Shown here piece by piece: positions 8,119 through 18,448 of a stretch of 49,130 bases of DNA. The DNA is from an uncultured bacterium (lineage in GTDB: Bacteria; Hydrogenedentota; Hydrogenedentia; Hydrogenedentales; JAEUWI01), in the NCBI GenBank assembly GCA_963977445.1, contig CAXBPH010000008.1, positions 1 to 49,130 on the forward strand, read 5' to 3'. Position numbers and translations under genes: made by a program. Under the pieces are notes generated by a model. The model saw nothing but the letters and a program-made list of their open reading frames with translations, did no database searches and was not told where the DNA came from. Position 1 is the first letter of the stretch. Every line of letters starts with the position of its first letter.

Positions 8119-10287
8119 ATGAAACGGCGCAGACCCGGTGAAAAAGCAGAAATAGACTCATCGTACGGGGAGCCGTTGTCCGGTTTTCAGCGGAGACGTC
8201 TACGTCTTATCCTCGCCGTCTTTTTTTTGGGCTTCGGCGCCATTGCCATCCGGCTCAATCTAGTCCACCTCTTTCCCGACGACGCCCTCGATCTGGACCT
8301 TTCCCACACCCGGGAAATCACGTTGACGGCACCACGGGGCGATATCTATGATCGCAATGCGAACGTGAAACTGGCGACAAACCGCACCGTCCCTTCTCTC
8401 TGGTTTGATGCGACGGCGGTTACCGATCCGGTGGCCTTTGCAAACTCCATCGCACCCCGTTTTGGCATGGACCCCCAGGTAATACTGGATCGGGCCAATG
8501 AACGAACAGAATCGGGAAAGCCCTTTGAATTCAAATGGGTGAAACGCTGGATTTTTGAAGACGCAGAGATCCAGGCCCTCGATGATGTGTTGATCGAGTG
8601 GGAAGATGTGGTTCACGTCAACAACGAGTCCATTCGTCACTATCCACAGCGGGGTGCCGCGGCCCACCTCCTGGGGTTCGTCAATCGTAATGGTGAAGCG
8701 TCCGAAGGGCTGGAACTGACCTTTGACGAGCACCTGCGGAGTGAGACAGGGGTCTATAAGGCCCGTGTGGATACGGCGCGCCGTATGCTGGAGTCCCGGG
8801 CTCTCGAATATGTGCCCGCCAAGACCGGAGAAGCGGTACAGCTCACCATCGATGTGAACATGCAGCATCTCCTGGAGCGCAAAATCGACGAGCGGATGGA
8901 GGCGTGTAATGCGGTCGAGGGTATGGGCATTCTCATGAATCCCAATACCGGCGAGATCTACGCCATGGCGACCCGCCCCGCTTATGACCCGAACTATTAC
9001 GACGCCTATGACGACAGTCAACGACGCCACCGGACCATTACAGACTATTTCGAGCCCGGATCGTCCTTTAAAATTATCGCCGCCTCAGCAGCAATCGAAG
9101 AGGCCCTCATCACGCAAGATACCCTCATCGACTGCGAAAACGGCGGCTTCAATCCCTACGGACACTATGTTCGGGACTTCCACCGGCTCGGCGTCGTTCC
9201 CTTCTCCAAGTGTTTTGAGGAATCGAGCAATGTGGCCATCATCAAGGTGGCAAAAATGCTCGGCCCCGAGCGATTTGATCAATGGATGCGTGCTTTTGGT
9301 ATCGGTGAGCGCACGAGCCGGGATTTTCCCCAAGGAGCGGAAAGCCCTGGAATACTTCGAGCACGCAAAGACTGGAATGGTCTTTCCATGGGCTCCCTGC
9401 CCATGGGTCAGGAAGTGGGTGTGACCATCCTGCAACTTGCACGGGCCTTTGCGGTGATTGCCAACGGTGGCCGCCTCGTGGAACCCTATTTTGTCGAGCG
9501 TGCTATCGGGGCGGACAATACCATCACCTACCAACACGAGGCCCCGGAATTTCCCCGGGTCATTTCAGAAAAAACGGCAGCAATCATGCGGGACCTCTGC
9601 CACAAGGTGGTATTGCATGGTACGGGTGATGATGCCGCCATCGACGAATACAGCGTGGGGGGCAAGACCGGTACGGCCCAGATGTTGAGCAATACCGGCC
9701 GGGGATACAGCAAGGACCGCTATACCGTAGTGTTTGCCGGATTCGCGCCGGTATCCGATCCCAAAGTGGTGTGCGCCATCGTCATCCGGGAACCCATGAT
9801 CAAACTTCACTACGGTGGATATGTCTGTGGGCCCGTATTTCGCGATGTCGTGCGCGATGCGCTGATTCGTCTTAACGTACCCGCCGATCAGGAAGTTGAA
9901 GGCAAAGAAAAGGTTCGTATCGTGGCCGAGGCCATCGTCGAAGAGAAAGTGCTCGATGGCGATACCATGACGGACCGATTGAGCGATGCCCAGATTTCTG
10001 AACTGGAACTGGCCATGGAAGATCAGCTCGAGAGTCTGGACGGATTGGAACTAACCCGCGCCGTCTGGGATGTAGTAGAAGGCGCACCGTTATTGCCCGA
10101 CTTGATGGGCATGTCCAAGCGCCAGGCCTATGACACCTTGAGTAAACTTGGAATCCCCTGCGATCCCCAGGGCGCAGGATGGGTCATTTCCCAGGATCCG
10201 GAAGCAGGTACGCCTGTTGCTGCGGTGCGGCTCTGCGCCTTGGAGTTTTCTCCAACGAGGATAGAAAAAAATGATGACCCATCTTGA
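8119..10287 (+). CDS. ftsI: Class B penicillin-binding protein (FtsI/PBP3) with C-terminal PASTA domain
   Basis: N-terminal TM, RGDIYDRN, RHYP, GLE, EPGSSFK (SxxK), SSN, KTGT; PASTA 'LPDLMGMS...GWVISQDPEAG'. Confidence 0.93.
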   Translation: MKRRRPGEKAEIDSSYGEPLSGFQRRRLRLILAVFFLGFGAIAIRLNLVHLFPDDALDLDLSHTREITLTAPRGDIYDRNANVKLATNRTVPSLWFDATAVTDPVAFANSIAPRFGMDPQVILDRANERTESGKPFEFKWVKRWIFEDAEIQALDDVLIEWEDVVHVNNESIRHYPQRGAAAHLLGFVNRNGEASEGLELTFDEHLRSETGVYKARVDTARRMLESRALEYVPAKTGEAVQLTIDVNMQHLLERKIDERMEACNAVEGMGILMNPNTGEIYAMATRPAYDPNYYDAYDDSQRRHRTITDYFEPGSSFKIIAASAAIEEALITQDTLIDCENGGFNPYGHYVRDFHRLGVVPFSKCFEESSNVAIIKVAKMLGPERFDQWMRAFGIGERTSRDFPQGAESPGILRARKDWNGLSMGSLPMGQEVGVTILQLARAFAVIANGGRLVEPYFVERAIGADNTITYQHEAPEFPRVISEKTAAIMRDLCHKVVLHGTGDDAAIDEYSVGGKTGTAQMLSNTGRGYSKDRYTVVFAGFAPVSDPKVVCAIVIREPMIKLHYGGYVCGPVFRDVVRDALIRLNVPADQEVEGKEKVRIVAEAIVEEKVLDGDTMTDRLSDAQISELELAMEDQLESLDGLELTRAVWDVVEGAPLLPDLMGMSKRQAYDTLSKLGIPCDPQGAGWVISQDPEAGTPVAAVRLCALEFSPTRIEKNDDPS

Positions 10288-11740
10288 AATCAGCGCGCTT
10301 CTGGGCCTCGGGCCCGACGCCTTGCCAAGCTTGGAGGCTACGGGTATCTCAGAAGACTCCCGTAGTGTCCGTCCCGGAGATATATTTGTGGCGATTACGG
10401 GCGAGCACGCCGATGGCCATGATTTTGCCACCGACGCAGTGACCGCAGGTGCCGTAGCCGTTATGGGTGACCGGTCGGGTATTCAGTCCCTGGAAGGCCG
10501 GCCCTATCTCTTTGTGGAACGTCCTCGGGAAGCGGAAGCCCTGTTGGCCCATGCCCTGGCCGGCGATCCCACGCAGCAGTTGACCGTTATCGGCATCACC
10601 GGTACCAACGGCAAGACCAGCACGGCCATGTTGACCCAATCCATCCTCCGTGAGGCCGGTCTTGCCACGAGCAATCTTGGCACCATGGGCTATGAAATTG
10701 GTGGCACCCTGTTGCCCGCACCCCATACGACCCCCTTTGGAGATGAGTTGGCCCGCCTGCTGGCCCAATCACGGGATGCCGGCGATACCCATGTGGTGAT
10801 GGAGGTCAGTTCCCACGCCCTGGCCCAGGAACGGGTCGCCGGAATTCACTTTTCCGTGGCGGCCTTCACCAACCTTACCCAGGATCACCTCGACTATCAC
10901 GAAACCATGGAATCCTATCGCAATGCAAAGCTCAAACTTTTTGAGCGCATCAGCGGCGACGGCACCTTCACGGTAATTAACAAAGCCGACCCCTCGGGTT
11001 CCGTCTTTGAGTCGGCATCGAAGGTGCCTACCATCACCTATGGCCCCGAAGGGGTTTTGCGCGTTCGCGATGTCGTGTTGGGTATGGCCGATACGCGCTT
11101 TACCCTGGCGACACCCCGTGGCGAAGTGGATATCCGGATTCAACTGTTGGGACCCCACAACATCCAGAACGCGCTGTGCGCGGCTGCGATCGCCTATGGG
11201 CTCCATATTGATTTACCGACCATTGCCGCCGGTTTGGGGCGCTTGCCCCGGGTTCCAGGGCGTTTTGATGGTGTCGACGGCGGACAGGACTTTTTCGTGG
11301 TGGTGGACTACGCCCATACCGAAGACGGCCTGAAGAATGTGCTGGAAGCCGCCCGGCTCTTATGTAAAGGGCGAATCATTACGGTATTTGGTTGTGGTGG
11401 CGATCGGGATCGGGGAAAACGGCCCAAGATGGGGAAGGTGACGGGAGAACTCAGCGATTTTTGCGTGCTGACGTCGGACAATCCACGGAGTGAAGATCCC
11501 AAGCGCATTCTTCTGGATGTGGAAGTGGGATTACAGAAGGCCGGGTGCCACAGGGGTGATGAGTATATAACCCTGGAGAATCGCGAAGAAGCCATCCACC
11601 ATGCGATTGGCCTGGCGAAAAAAGGCGACCTGGTGCTTATTGCGGGTAAGGGGCATGAGGATTACCAGATTCTGGGCGACCAACGGATTCACTTTGACGA
11701 CCGCGAGGTGGCCCTGGCCGCCCTGGAGGCGCGTCGCTGA
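10271..11740 (+). CDS. murE: UDP-MurNAc-tripeptide synthetase (mDAP-adding)
   Basis: GITGTNGKTS, MEVSSH, NLTQDHLDYH, DYAHT, DNPR (DAP specificity motif), AGKGHE. Confidence 0.97.
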   Translation: MMTHLEISALLGLGPDALPSLEATGISEDSRSVRPGDIFVAITGEHADGHDFATDAVTAGAVAVMGDRSGIQSLEGRPYLFVERPREAEALLAHALAGDPTQQLTVIGITGTNGKTSTAMLTQSILREAGLATSNLGTMGYEIGGTLLPAPHTTPFGDELARLLAQSRDAGDTHVVMEVSSHALAQERVAGIHFSVAAFTNLTQDHLDYHETMESYRNAKLKLFERISGDGTFTVINKADPSGSVFESASKVPTITYGPEGVLRVRDVVLGMADTRFTLATPRGEVDIRIQLLGPHNIQNALCAAAIAYGLHIDLPTIAAGLGRLPRVPGRFDGVDGGQDFFVVVDYAHTEDGLKNVLEAARLLCKGRIITVFGCGGDRDRGKRPKMGKVTGELSDFCVLTSDNPRSEDPKRILLDVEVGLQKAGCHRGDEYITLENREEAIHHAIGLAKKGDLVLIAGKGHEDYQILGDQRIHFDDREVALAALEARR

Positions 11741-13101
11741 TGGGCTGGTCATATGACGTTGCCCATCTCGCTGATTGGATTGGATGCGCCGCACCTGTGG
11801 AGCCCGCCGGACGGGTGACGGGTGTTTCGACGGATACCCGGACACTGCAGCCGGGCGATATCTATGTGGCCCTGCGGGGTCCCAATTTTGATGCCGAAAA
11901 CTTCGTGGCCGAAGCCTTTTCGAAAAGGGCCGCCGCCGCGATCACGCGCGCGCCCCACAAAGCAGGTCCCTGTCTGGTGGTGCCCGAACCCCTGACGGCC
12001 TTACAGCGATTCGCCTCTCGACACCGCATGAGTCTGGATATTCCGGTATTCGGGCTAACGGGTTCCTGTGGAAAGACCACGGCCAAAGAATTTTGTGGGG
12101 CCTTGCTGTCTACCCGCTATACCGTGGTGAAAACCCAGGGAAACCTCAATAACGACATTGGCTGTCCCCTGTCCTTACTTCGAATGGACCGACATACGGA
12201 ATTCGCGGTTATTGAGATGGGGGCCAATCACGTGGGCGAAATTGAGGCCCTCTGTGGCATCGCCCGACCCACCGAGACCGCCGTGACCATGGTTGCTCCG
12301 GCCCATCTTGAAGGGTTTGGCTCCATCGAAGATGTGGCCCGCGCCAAGGGTGAAATTGTAGACAATCTCGATGCCGACGGCCGTTTTTATCAGAATATGG
12401 ACAATCCATGGTGCCGGGCAATGGGAAAAAACTTCGGTGGCGAAATCATTCGTTTCGGCAGTGAGGGGGACGTGGTCCTCCGTTCCTGTGAATTCGATGA
12501 ATCGGGGGAGCTGGTTCTGGATATTGACCCCATTGGGACCATTCGGCTGCCCCTCCCGGTGAAGGCCCATGCGACCAACGTATTGTTGGCCGTGGCGGTC
12601 GCCCTGCAGCATGGCATCCAGGAATTCGAAGGGCCCCTCCGGGAAGCCTGCAAATCACCGAGCCGATTCAAGATATACCCAATGGGTGATTTTGAGATTC
12701 TGGATGACACCTACAACGCCAATCCCGCCAGTATGGTTGCCGCGCTGGATGCGCTGGTGGCCCGTCCGGGCGCGGGCGCGCGCATTGCGGTGTTGGGCGA
12801 TATGCTGGAGTTGGGGGAGCAGGCGGTGACGCTCCACGAGACCCTCGGTCGGGAGGTGGCCGACCGGCAAATCGGACATTTGCTTAGCTACGGCGGCCAC
12901 GGCTGTGATATCATACGCGGCGCGCGCACGGCCGGTCTGGCCCAGTCCGAAGCCTTCGATTCCCACGAAAAACTGGCCGAAGCGCTCTTTCACGTTGCCC
13001 GACCCGGCGACAAAATTCTACTCAAGGGATCCCGCGGTGTGCGTATGGAGCGGGTGGCGGGTGCCTTAAGACAAATGATTGCACCAGACGGTGAGGAGTA
13101 A
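11740..13101 (+). CDS. murF: UDP-MurNAc-tripeptide--D-Ala-D-Ala ligase
   Basis: TGSCGKTT, GNLNNDIG, EMGANH, DDTYNANP, GDMLELG, KGSRG. Confidence 0.97.
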   Translation: MGWSYDVAHLADWIGCAAPVEPAGRVTGVSTDTRTLQPGDIYVALRGPNFDAENFVAEAFSKRAAAAITRAPHKAGPCLVVPEPLTALQRFASRHRMSLDIPVFGLTGSCGKTTAKEFCGALLSTRYTVVKTQGNLNNDIGCPLSLLRMDRHTEFAVIEMGANHVGEIEALCGIARPTETAVTMVAPAHLEGFGSIEDVARAKGEIVDNLDADGRFYQNMDNPWCRAMGKNFGGEIIRFGSEGDVVLRSCEFDESGELVLDIDPIGTIRLPLPVKAHATNVLLAVAVALQHGIQEFEGPLREACKSPSRFKIYPMGDFEILDDTYNANPASMVAALDALVARPGAGARIAVLGDMLELGEQAVTLHETLGREVADRQIGHLLSYGGHGCDIIRGARTAGLAQSEAFDSHEKLAEALFHVARPGDKILLKGSRGVRMERVAGALRQMIAPDGEE

Positions 13102-13113
13102 CCCGGTCGTACC

Positions 13114-14595
13114 ATGATTTTTTATTTGACGCAAGCCCTCTTGCCCTATTTTACTGCCCTGGATGTATTCAAATACCACACGGTTCGGGCTGGTGGCGCT
13201 GCTGTAACCGGGTTTCTATTTTGCCTGCTGGTGGGGCCAAAACTGATTGAAATGCTGCGGGCCTTTAAAGTGGGGCAGTTTATCAAAAAAGACCACGTGG
13301 CTGACCTCCACGCCCTCCATAAGGGTAAAGCGGGGACCCCCACCATGGGCGGGGTGATCATCCTGCTCTCTACCGTTCTGTCACTACTCCTCTGGAGCAC
13401 CCTCACCAACCGACTGCTTTGGGTCGCGTTGGGCATGCTGCTGCTGCTGGGTGCCGTCGGTTTTCTGGACGACTACATCAAGTTGCGCCGGAAGCATAAC
13501 GACGGCTTGAGTGCACGGGCCAAATTTGCCGGACAGATATTGAGCGGTGGGCTGCTGGGTATCTACCTGCTGTTTTTTCCCATTACGGTCAATGGCCTTT
13601 CCGTGTTGCCCCGGGATATCCAGGATTGGAACCAGTTTGCCGAAGTCTTGATGGACGCGGGGATGGCTGGCGAAGACAATGTTGCCGGTCATATCTGGGA
13701 AGAATTGACTGACGAGGATCGTGCCGTATTGCGGATGGTCAAGGAAGTACAATTCATTCCCCGTGAATACAAGTTCGACGTCCTGGCCGGTATGAACTCG
13801 GTGCTCCAGCGAGAGCGACTCGATCTCATTTTCACCATTCCCGACAAGGCCGACCCCGCACTGAAGGAATTCGCGGCCCAGGGGTATGACGCGCTCAACG
13901 AGCGGGACCGCATGCGTTACAATCGACTCATCATGGAAGCGGCCCTGCCGGGCATCGTGAATCGTAGCGTGCCCGATTTGCATACGAAGGTGGGCATACC
14001 GGGCTTCAAAGACCACTTCATTCCCCTCGGACCCTTCTACGTGTTTTTCGTCATACTCATTATTGTGGGGGTGTCCAATGCCGTAAATTTGACCGACGGA
14101 CTGGATGGATTGGCCACCGGTGTCTCACTGGTATCGATACTCACCTATGCGGCCATCGCCTACGTGGTGAGTCGTGCCGATTGGTCTTACTATCTCTATC
14201 TCACCTATATACCAGAAGCCAGTGAGTTGTTCGTATTTGGTGCGGCCCTACTGGGCACGGGGCTGGGCTTTCTGTGGTTCAATGCGCACCCCGCCGAAGT
14301 ATTCATGGGGGACACCGGCTCCCTGGCGTTGGGCGGCGCCATCGGCACCATGGCCATACTGACCAAGCAGGAGCTCCTCCTTCCTATCGTGGCGGGCCTC
14401 TTTGTGATGGAGGCGGGAAGCGTCTTAATTCAGGTGGCGTCATTTAAGATGACGGGCAAACGGGTTTTCCGTATGGCACCTCTTCACCATCACTTCGAAC
14501 TACTGGGCTGGTCAGAAACGAAAGTCACCTTGCGCTTCTGGATAATTGCCTTTATCTTTGCCCTCCTCAGCCTCACTACGTTGAAACTCCGATGA
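13114..14595 (+). CDS. mraY: Phospho-MurNAc-pentapeptide transferase with ~129 aa insertion
   Basis: KAGTPTMGG, GFLDDY, NAVNLTDGLDGL, FMGDTGS, MAPLHHHFE. 493 aa versus the usual ~320-360. Confidence 0.96.
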   Translation: MIFYLTQALLPYFTALDVFKYHTVRAGGAAVTGFLFCLLVGPKLIEMLRAFKVGQFIKKDHVADLHALHKGKAGTPTMGGVIILLSTVLSLLLWSTLTNRLLWVALGMLLLLGAVGFLDDYIKLRRKHNDGLSARAKFAGQILSGGLLGIYLLFFPITVNGLSVLPRDIQDWNQFAEVLMDAGMAGEDNVAGHIWEELTDEDRAVLRMVKEVQFIPREYKFDVLAGMNSVLQRERLDLIFTIPDKADPALKEFAAQGYDALNERDRMRYNRLIMEAALPGIVNRSVPDLHTKVGIPGFKDHFIPLGPFYVFFVILIIVGVSNAVNLTDGLDGLATGVSLVSILTYAAIAYVVSRADWSYYLYLTYIPEASELFVFGAALLGTGLGFLWFNAHPAEVFMGDTGSLALGGAIGTMAILTKQELLLPIVAGLFVMEAGSVLIQVASFKMTGKRVFRMAPLHHHFELLGWSETKVTLRFWIIAFIFALLSLTTLKLR

Positions 14596-15962
14596 ACGTT
14601 GCGCCGGATACATGGAAGGACCTGCCCGTGACCCTCGTCGGCATGGGGCGTTCTGCCGTGGGTGCCGCGAAATTATTGCAACACCATGGTGCCGCGCCGT
14701 TTGTTACGGAGCTCTCCGATGTTGAGGCCCTGATTCCCTGGCGTGCCGAATTGGAGGCCAGCGGCATTCCCTTTGAAGTGGGGGGGCACACCGCACGGGC
14801 CTGGGCGACGCCCTCGCTGGTGGTGATGAGTCCCGGCGTTCCCGTTTCGATTGCGCCGGTGGTTAGCCTTCGGGAACGGGACGTAGAGGTAATCGGTGAG
14901 TTGGAACTGGCTTTCCGCTTTGCGACGGCACCCATACTGGCGGTGACGGGCACGAACGGCAAGACGACCGTAACCGAGTTACTGAAACATCTGATACAGG
15001 CCTGTGGCCATAGCGTGTTACTCGCGGGAAACAATCACACCTCCTTTTCCGCAGCGGTTCTGGATAGTGTCACGCCTGACTACTACGTTCTTGAAGTCAG
15101 TAGCTACCAACTGGAGAGTGTATGCACCTTTCGCCCATGGATTGGGGCGATCCTCAACGTTACCCCCGACCATCTGGGGCGTCATGGGACGATGGAGAAC
15201 TATGGGGCGTCCAAAGCCAGAATATTCGGCAACGATGGGGCGTCGGCCCAGGTTGCCGTGCTCAATGCCGATGATTCCCGGGTGTGGTCCATGGAAACGC
15301 CCCGCGATACGAGTCGCGTGGGTTTCAGCATTACATCGCCCGTGAAGAACGGTCTCTATAGCGATGGCCATGATCTCTGGGTAGATGGTGACCCCGTCGG
15401 TGAATTGCCCGGCGCATTGCCCGGTGCTCATAACCGGTCCAATATGCTGGCGGCCCTCTCCATGATGCATGCCGGTGGCTTTGACCTTGCCTGTTGCGTG
15501 AAGGCCCTTCCCGATTTTCCGGGTGTGGAACATCGACTGGAAGCCGTGGGTGACTACGGCGACCGGACTTGGATCAACGATTCCAAGTCGACCAACGTGG
15601 ATAGTCTGCGTGTCGCCCTGGAGAGTTTTGACGTGCCCGTCACCCTGATTGCCGGTGGTCAGGGAAAAGGCAGCAGCTACGAAGCATTGGTGCCGCTGGT
15701 AGCGCACCACGTATCCCATCTTGTGGCCTACGGAGCCGAAGGGCCCGTGTTGGTGGCGGCGTTTAAGGATGTGGTGGCAACGACGGTGGTACCCGATATG
15801 GAAGCCGCAGTGCAGTCGGCCCATGTTGTGAGTGACGATGGGGGGACCATTCTCCTGTCGCCCGGATGTGCCAGTTTTGATCTATATACGAATTTTGAGG
15901 CCCGTGGCGCCCATTTCAAGGCCCTTGTTGTGGCCGAGGCGTACCAGGAGATCGCGCCATGA
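14592..15962 (+). CDS. murD: UDP-MurNAc-L-Ala--D-Glu ligase
   Basis: SPGV, TGTNGKTT, EVSSYQL, DHLGRH, EHRLE, NDSKSTN, SPGCASFD. Confidence 0.97.
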   Translation: MNVAPDTWKDLPVTLVGMGRSAVGAAKLLQHHGAAPFVTELSDVEALIPWRAELEASGIPFEVGGHTARAWATPSLVVMSPGVPVSIAPVVSLRERDVEVIGELELAFRFATAPILAVTGTNGKTTVTELLKHLIQACGHSVLLAGNNHTSFSAAVLDSVTPDYYVLEVSSYQLESVCTFRPWIGAILNVTPDHLGRHGTMENYGASKARIFGNDGASAQVAVLNADDSRVWSMETPRDTSRVGFSITSPVKNGLYSDGHDLWVDGDPVGELPGALPGAHNRSNMLAALSMMHAGGFDLACCVKALPDFPGVEHRLEAVGDYGDRTWINDSKSTNVDSLRVALESFDVPVTLIAGGQGKGSSYEALVPLVAHHVSHLVAYGAEGPVLVAAFKDVVATTVVPDMEAAVQSAHVVSDDGGTILLSPGCASFDLYTNFEARGAHFKALVVAEAYQEIAP

Positions 15963-17053
15963 GAAAAGAAGTTACCGCGGTCTTCACCTTGGTGTTGGCC
16001 CTCGTTTCGATTGGGACACTGATGATCTACAGTGCCCGGGCCTACCAGGTAGGAGCTACGGAACCCAGGACCCATCTTTACGCGTTGGCCATTGGATTCA
16101 TCACTATGTTGGTGGCGGCCCGCTTCGACTATCACCGTCTTCGCGACGGTGTCGTGTTTCGCGGTATCGTTCTACTGTCGGTGGTCTTGTTGGTGGTGGT
16201 GCTGCTGAAAGGGGTCGAGGTAAATGGCGCAAAGCGGTGGATTCGTCTGCCGGGAATTCAATTGCAGCCCTCCGAGTTTGCGAAGTTTGCCTTGATACTT
16301 CTGTTGGCGGTGAAATTGACCCACAACCGGGAAAACATTCAACGCTTCTTCTCCGGCTTTCTTCCACCCGTGTGTATTGCGGGGCTCTTCGCCGGGTTGG
16401 TGCTGGCGGAAAAAGATCTGGGCGTGCCCGTCGTAATGATGGCCGTGGCCTATATCATGATGATCGTGGCCGGCGTTTCCTGGCGATATATGTTGATGAG
16501 TGCCCTTCCCATCGGGGCGGTCGTGCTGGTGGCGGTGGTGAAGAGTCCCCACCGTGTAGCACGACTCGCGGCCTTTCGGGACCCCTGGGCCGATCCCCTG
16601 GGTTCCGGGTTTAACCTGATCCAATCCTATTCTGCTTTTGCTCAGGGGGAAATGTGGGGCAAAGGTGCCGGTGCTGGTGAGCAGAAGCTGGGCTATCTTT
16701 TTGCGAGTCATACGGACTTTGTCTATGCCCTGATAGGGGAAGAGTTTGGCCTGGCCGGGACCCTGACGGTCCTCGCTCTTTTTGCCGGTCTGTTGTTTGC
16801 GGGATATCGCATTGCCGCCAACGCGCAAGACATGTTTGGCGCTCTCCTTGCCACGGGAATTGTGGCACTTATCTCGGTGCAGGCGGTCATTATCATGATG
16901 GTAACCATTGGACTACTTCCGACGAAGGGGCTTCCCCTTCCGTTCATAAGTTACGGCGGCACGGCCTTGATCGTGTTCCTGGGACTGGTTGGCATTCTTG
17001 CCAATGTGGGCATACAAGCCAGCCCACCGATTGCGTCGGGAAAACGGTCCTAG
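15959..17053 (+). CDS. ftsW: SEDS peptidoglycan glycosyltransferase FtsW
   Basis: NGAKRW, QPSEFAK, HTDF, GEEFG, PTKGLPLPFISYGG; multi-pass TM. Confidence 0.95.
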   Translation: MRKEVTAVFTLVLALVSIGTLMIYSARAYQVGATEPRTHLYALAIGFITMLVAARFDYHRLRDGVVFRGIVLLSVVLLVVVLLKGVEVNGAKRWIRLPGIQLQPSEFAKFALILLLAVKLTHNRENIQRFFSGFLPPVCIAGLFAGLVLAEKDLGVPVVMMAVAYIMMIVAGVSWRYMLMSALPIGAVVLVAVVKSPHRVARLAAFRDPWADPLGSGFNLIQSYSAFAQGEMWGKGAGAGEQKLGYLFASHTDFVYALIGEEFGLAGTLTVLALFAGLLFAGYRIAANAQDMFGALLATGIVALISVQAVIIMMVTIGLLPTKGLPLPFISYGGTALIVFLGLVGILANVGIQASPPIASGKRS

Positions 17054-17274
17054 GAGTCTGACTCCTAGACGGCGCGGTTTTGTCTGATTTGCGCTGGACG
17101 TTCTATCGTGTAAACTGCATGGTATTCACTGCGAACGAATGGTACTATGAGATGCCCTTTCATTGATGCACGAGAGTTCGGATGTCTCAAGGGAAGCGAT
17201 AGGAATGGTGCCTGCTCCGTTGATGCGTCTGAGAAGACGATAGGCGTGTAGTGAAGTAAATGTGAGGTTTTCGA

Positions 17275-18393
17275 ATGCGAATCATGATTACGGGCGGGGG
17301 TACGGGGGGCCACACTTCCCCGGCCATCGCCGTCTATGAAGAGCTCCGGAAACGGGACCCCCAACTGCGGGTTCAATGGGTGGGGTGTCACGGTCGCATC
17401 GAAGAGCGTCTGAGCAATAAATTGGGCATTCCCTTTCGCTCTATTCCGGTTGCAGGCTGGCCGCGTCGCCGAAGCGTGAAACAAGTGTGGGTAGCCCTGA
17501 AGTTGCTGGCCGGGTTTGTTCGCGCCGCCATGTTGCTCCGGGCCTTTCAACCCCAACTTGTTTTTGGCGTAGGCGGATATGTTTCTCTTCCCCTCATGTG
17601 GGTGGCCCAGTGGATGGGAATTCCTACCGTTATACACGAGCAAAACCGCCGCTTGGGCATGGCAAATCGGCTGTTGGCACCGAAGGCGACCCGAGTTTTT
17701 CTGAGTTTCGACGATACACAGGGCGAATTTCCCGAAGCGCGAACGACCGTCGTGGGGAATCCCGTGCGGGCTGAGTTTGTGAATCCGCCGGGCAAATCTG
17801 CTGCCCGCGAGGCGCTCGGTCTCTCCCCGGAGGCCCCGGTGGTGTTGATTTGCGGTGGCAGCCAGGGGGCGCGCAGCATCAACGAAGCAGTAGCCGAGAG
17901 CCTTTCCGCATGGACCGATGCAGGGATTCAAGTGATTTGGGCCACCGGCGTCTTTGATCATGATATGGCACAGGCCCAAGTGGCCTCGGTCGATGGAACG
18001 GTGCAACTCCATAGTTTTATTGAAGATATGGCAAGAGCCTGTGCTGCCGCCGATCTCGTTGTCGGGCGTTCAGGTGCCTCAACAACAGCTGAATTGGCAG
18101 TCTTGGGAAAACCTTGTATACTAATCCCATATCCAAAAGCCACAGACAACCATCAAGCGCAGAACGCTCAGGCCTTTGAAGATGCGGGCGGCGGTCAAAT
18201 TCTAGAGGATATACTTTGTACCGGTGAAACACTGGGTCCTATGGTACTGTCAATGGTGGCGGATATGCGTCAACTTGAAGTTATGGGTCATCAGGCGAAA
18301 CATATCGCCAAACCCATGGCGGGGGAACGCATCGCAGAAGGCATCGTGGACGTCGTGTTTGGCCAGGATGATACGGAGCGTGCAACAGCGTAG
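17275..18393 (+). CDS. murG: Undecaprenyl-PP-MurNAc-pentapeptide GlcNAc transferase
   Basis: GGGTGGH, GGYVS, HEQN, GNPVR, GGSQGA, RSGAST, HQ..NA. Confidence 0.97.
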   Translation: MRIMITGGGTGGHTSPAIAVYEELRKRDPQLRVQWVGCHGRIEERLSNKLGIPFRSIPVAGWPRRRSVKQVWVALKLLAGFVRAAMLLRAFQPQLVFGVGGYVSLPLMWVAQWMGIPTVIHEQNRRLGMANRLLAPKATRVFLSFDDTQGEFPEARTTVVGNPVRAEFVNPPGKSAAREALGLSPEAPVVLICGGSQGARSINEAVAESLSAWTDAGIQVIWATGVFDHDMAQAQVASVDGTVQLHSFIEDMARACAAADLVVGRSGASTTAELAVLGKPCILIPYPKATDNHQAQNAQAFEDAGGGQILEDILCTGETLGPMVLSMVADMRQLEVMGHQAKHIAKPMAGERIAEGIVDVVFGQDDTERATA

Positions 18394-18448
18394 TAGATGG
18401 TCTTACCCATAGCGTTTTGACCCGATTGCGCAAAGGACAAAAAATTCG

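Noticed and set aside
13597..13983. Intein in MraY
   Set aside because: Lacks the N-terminal Cys/Ser block, the terminal His-Asn followed by C/S/T, and LAGLIDADG motifs.
17065..18012. 315-aa minus-strand ORF spanning the ftsW-murG gap
   Set aside because: Mostly antisense to murG, with no domain motifs.
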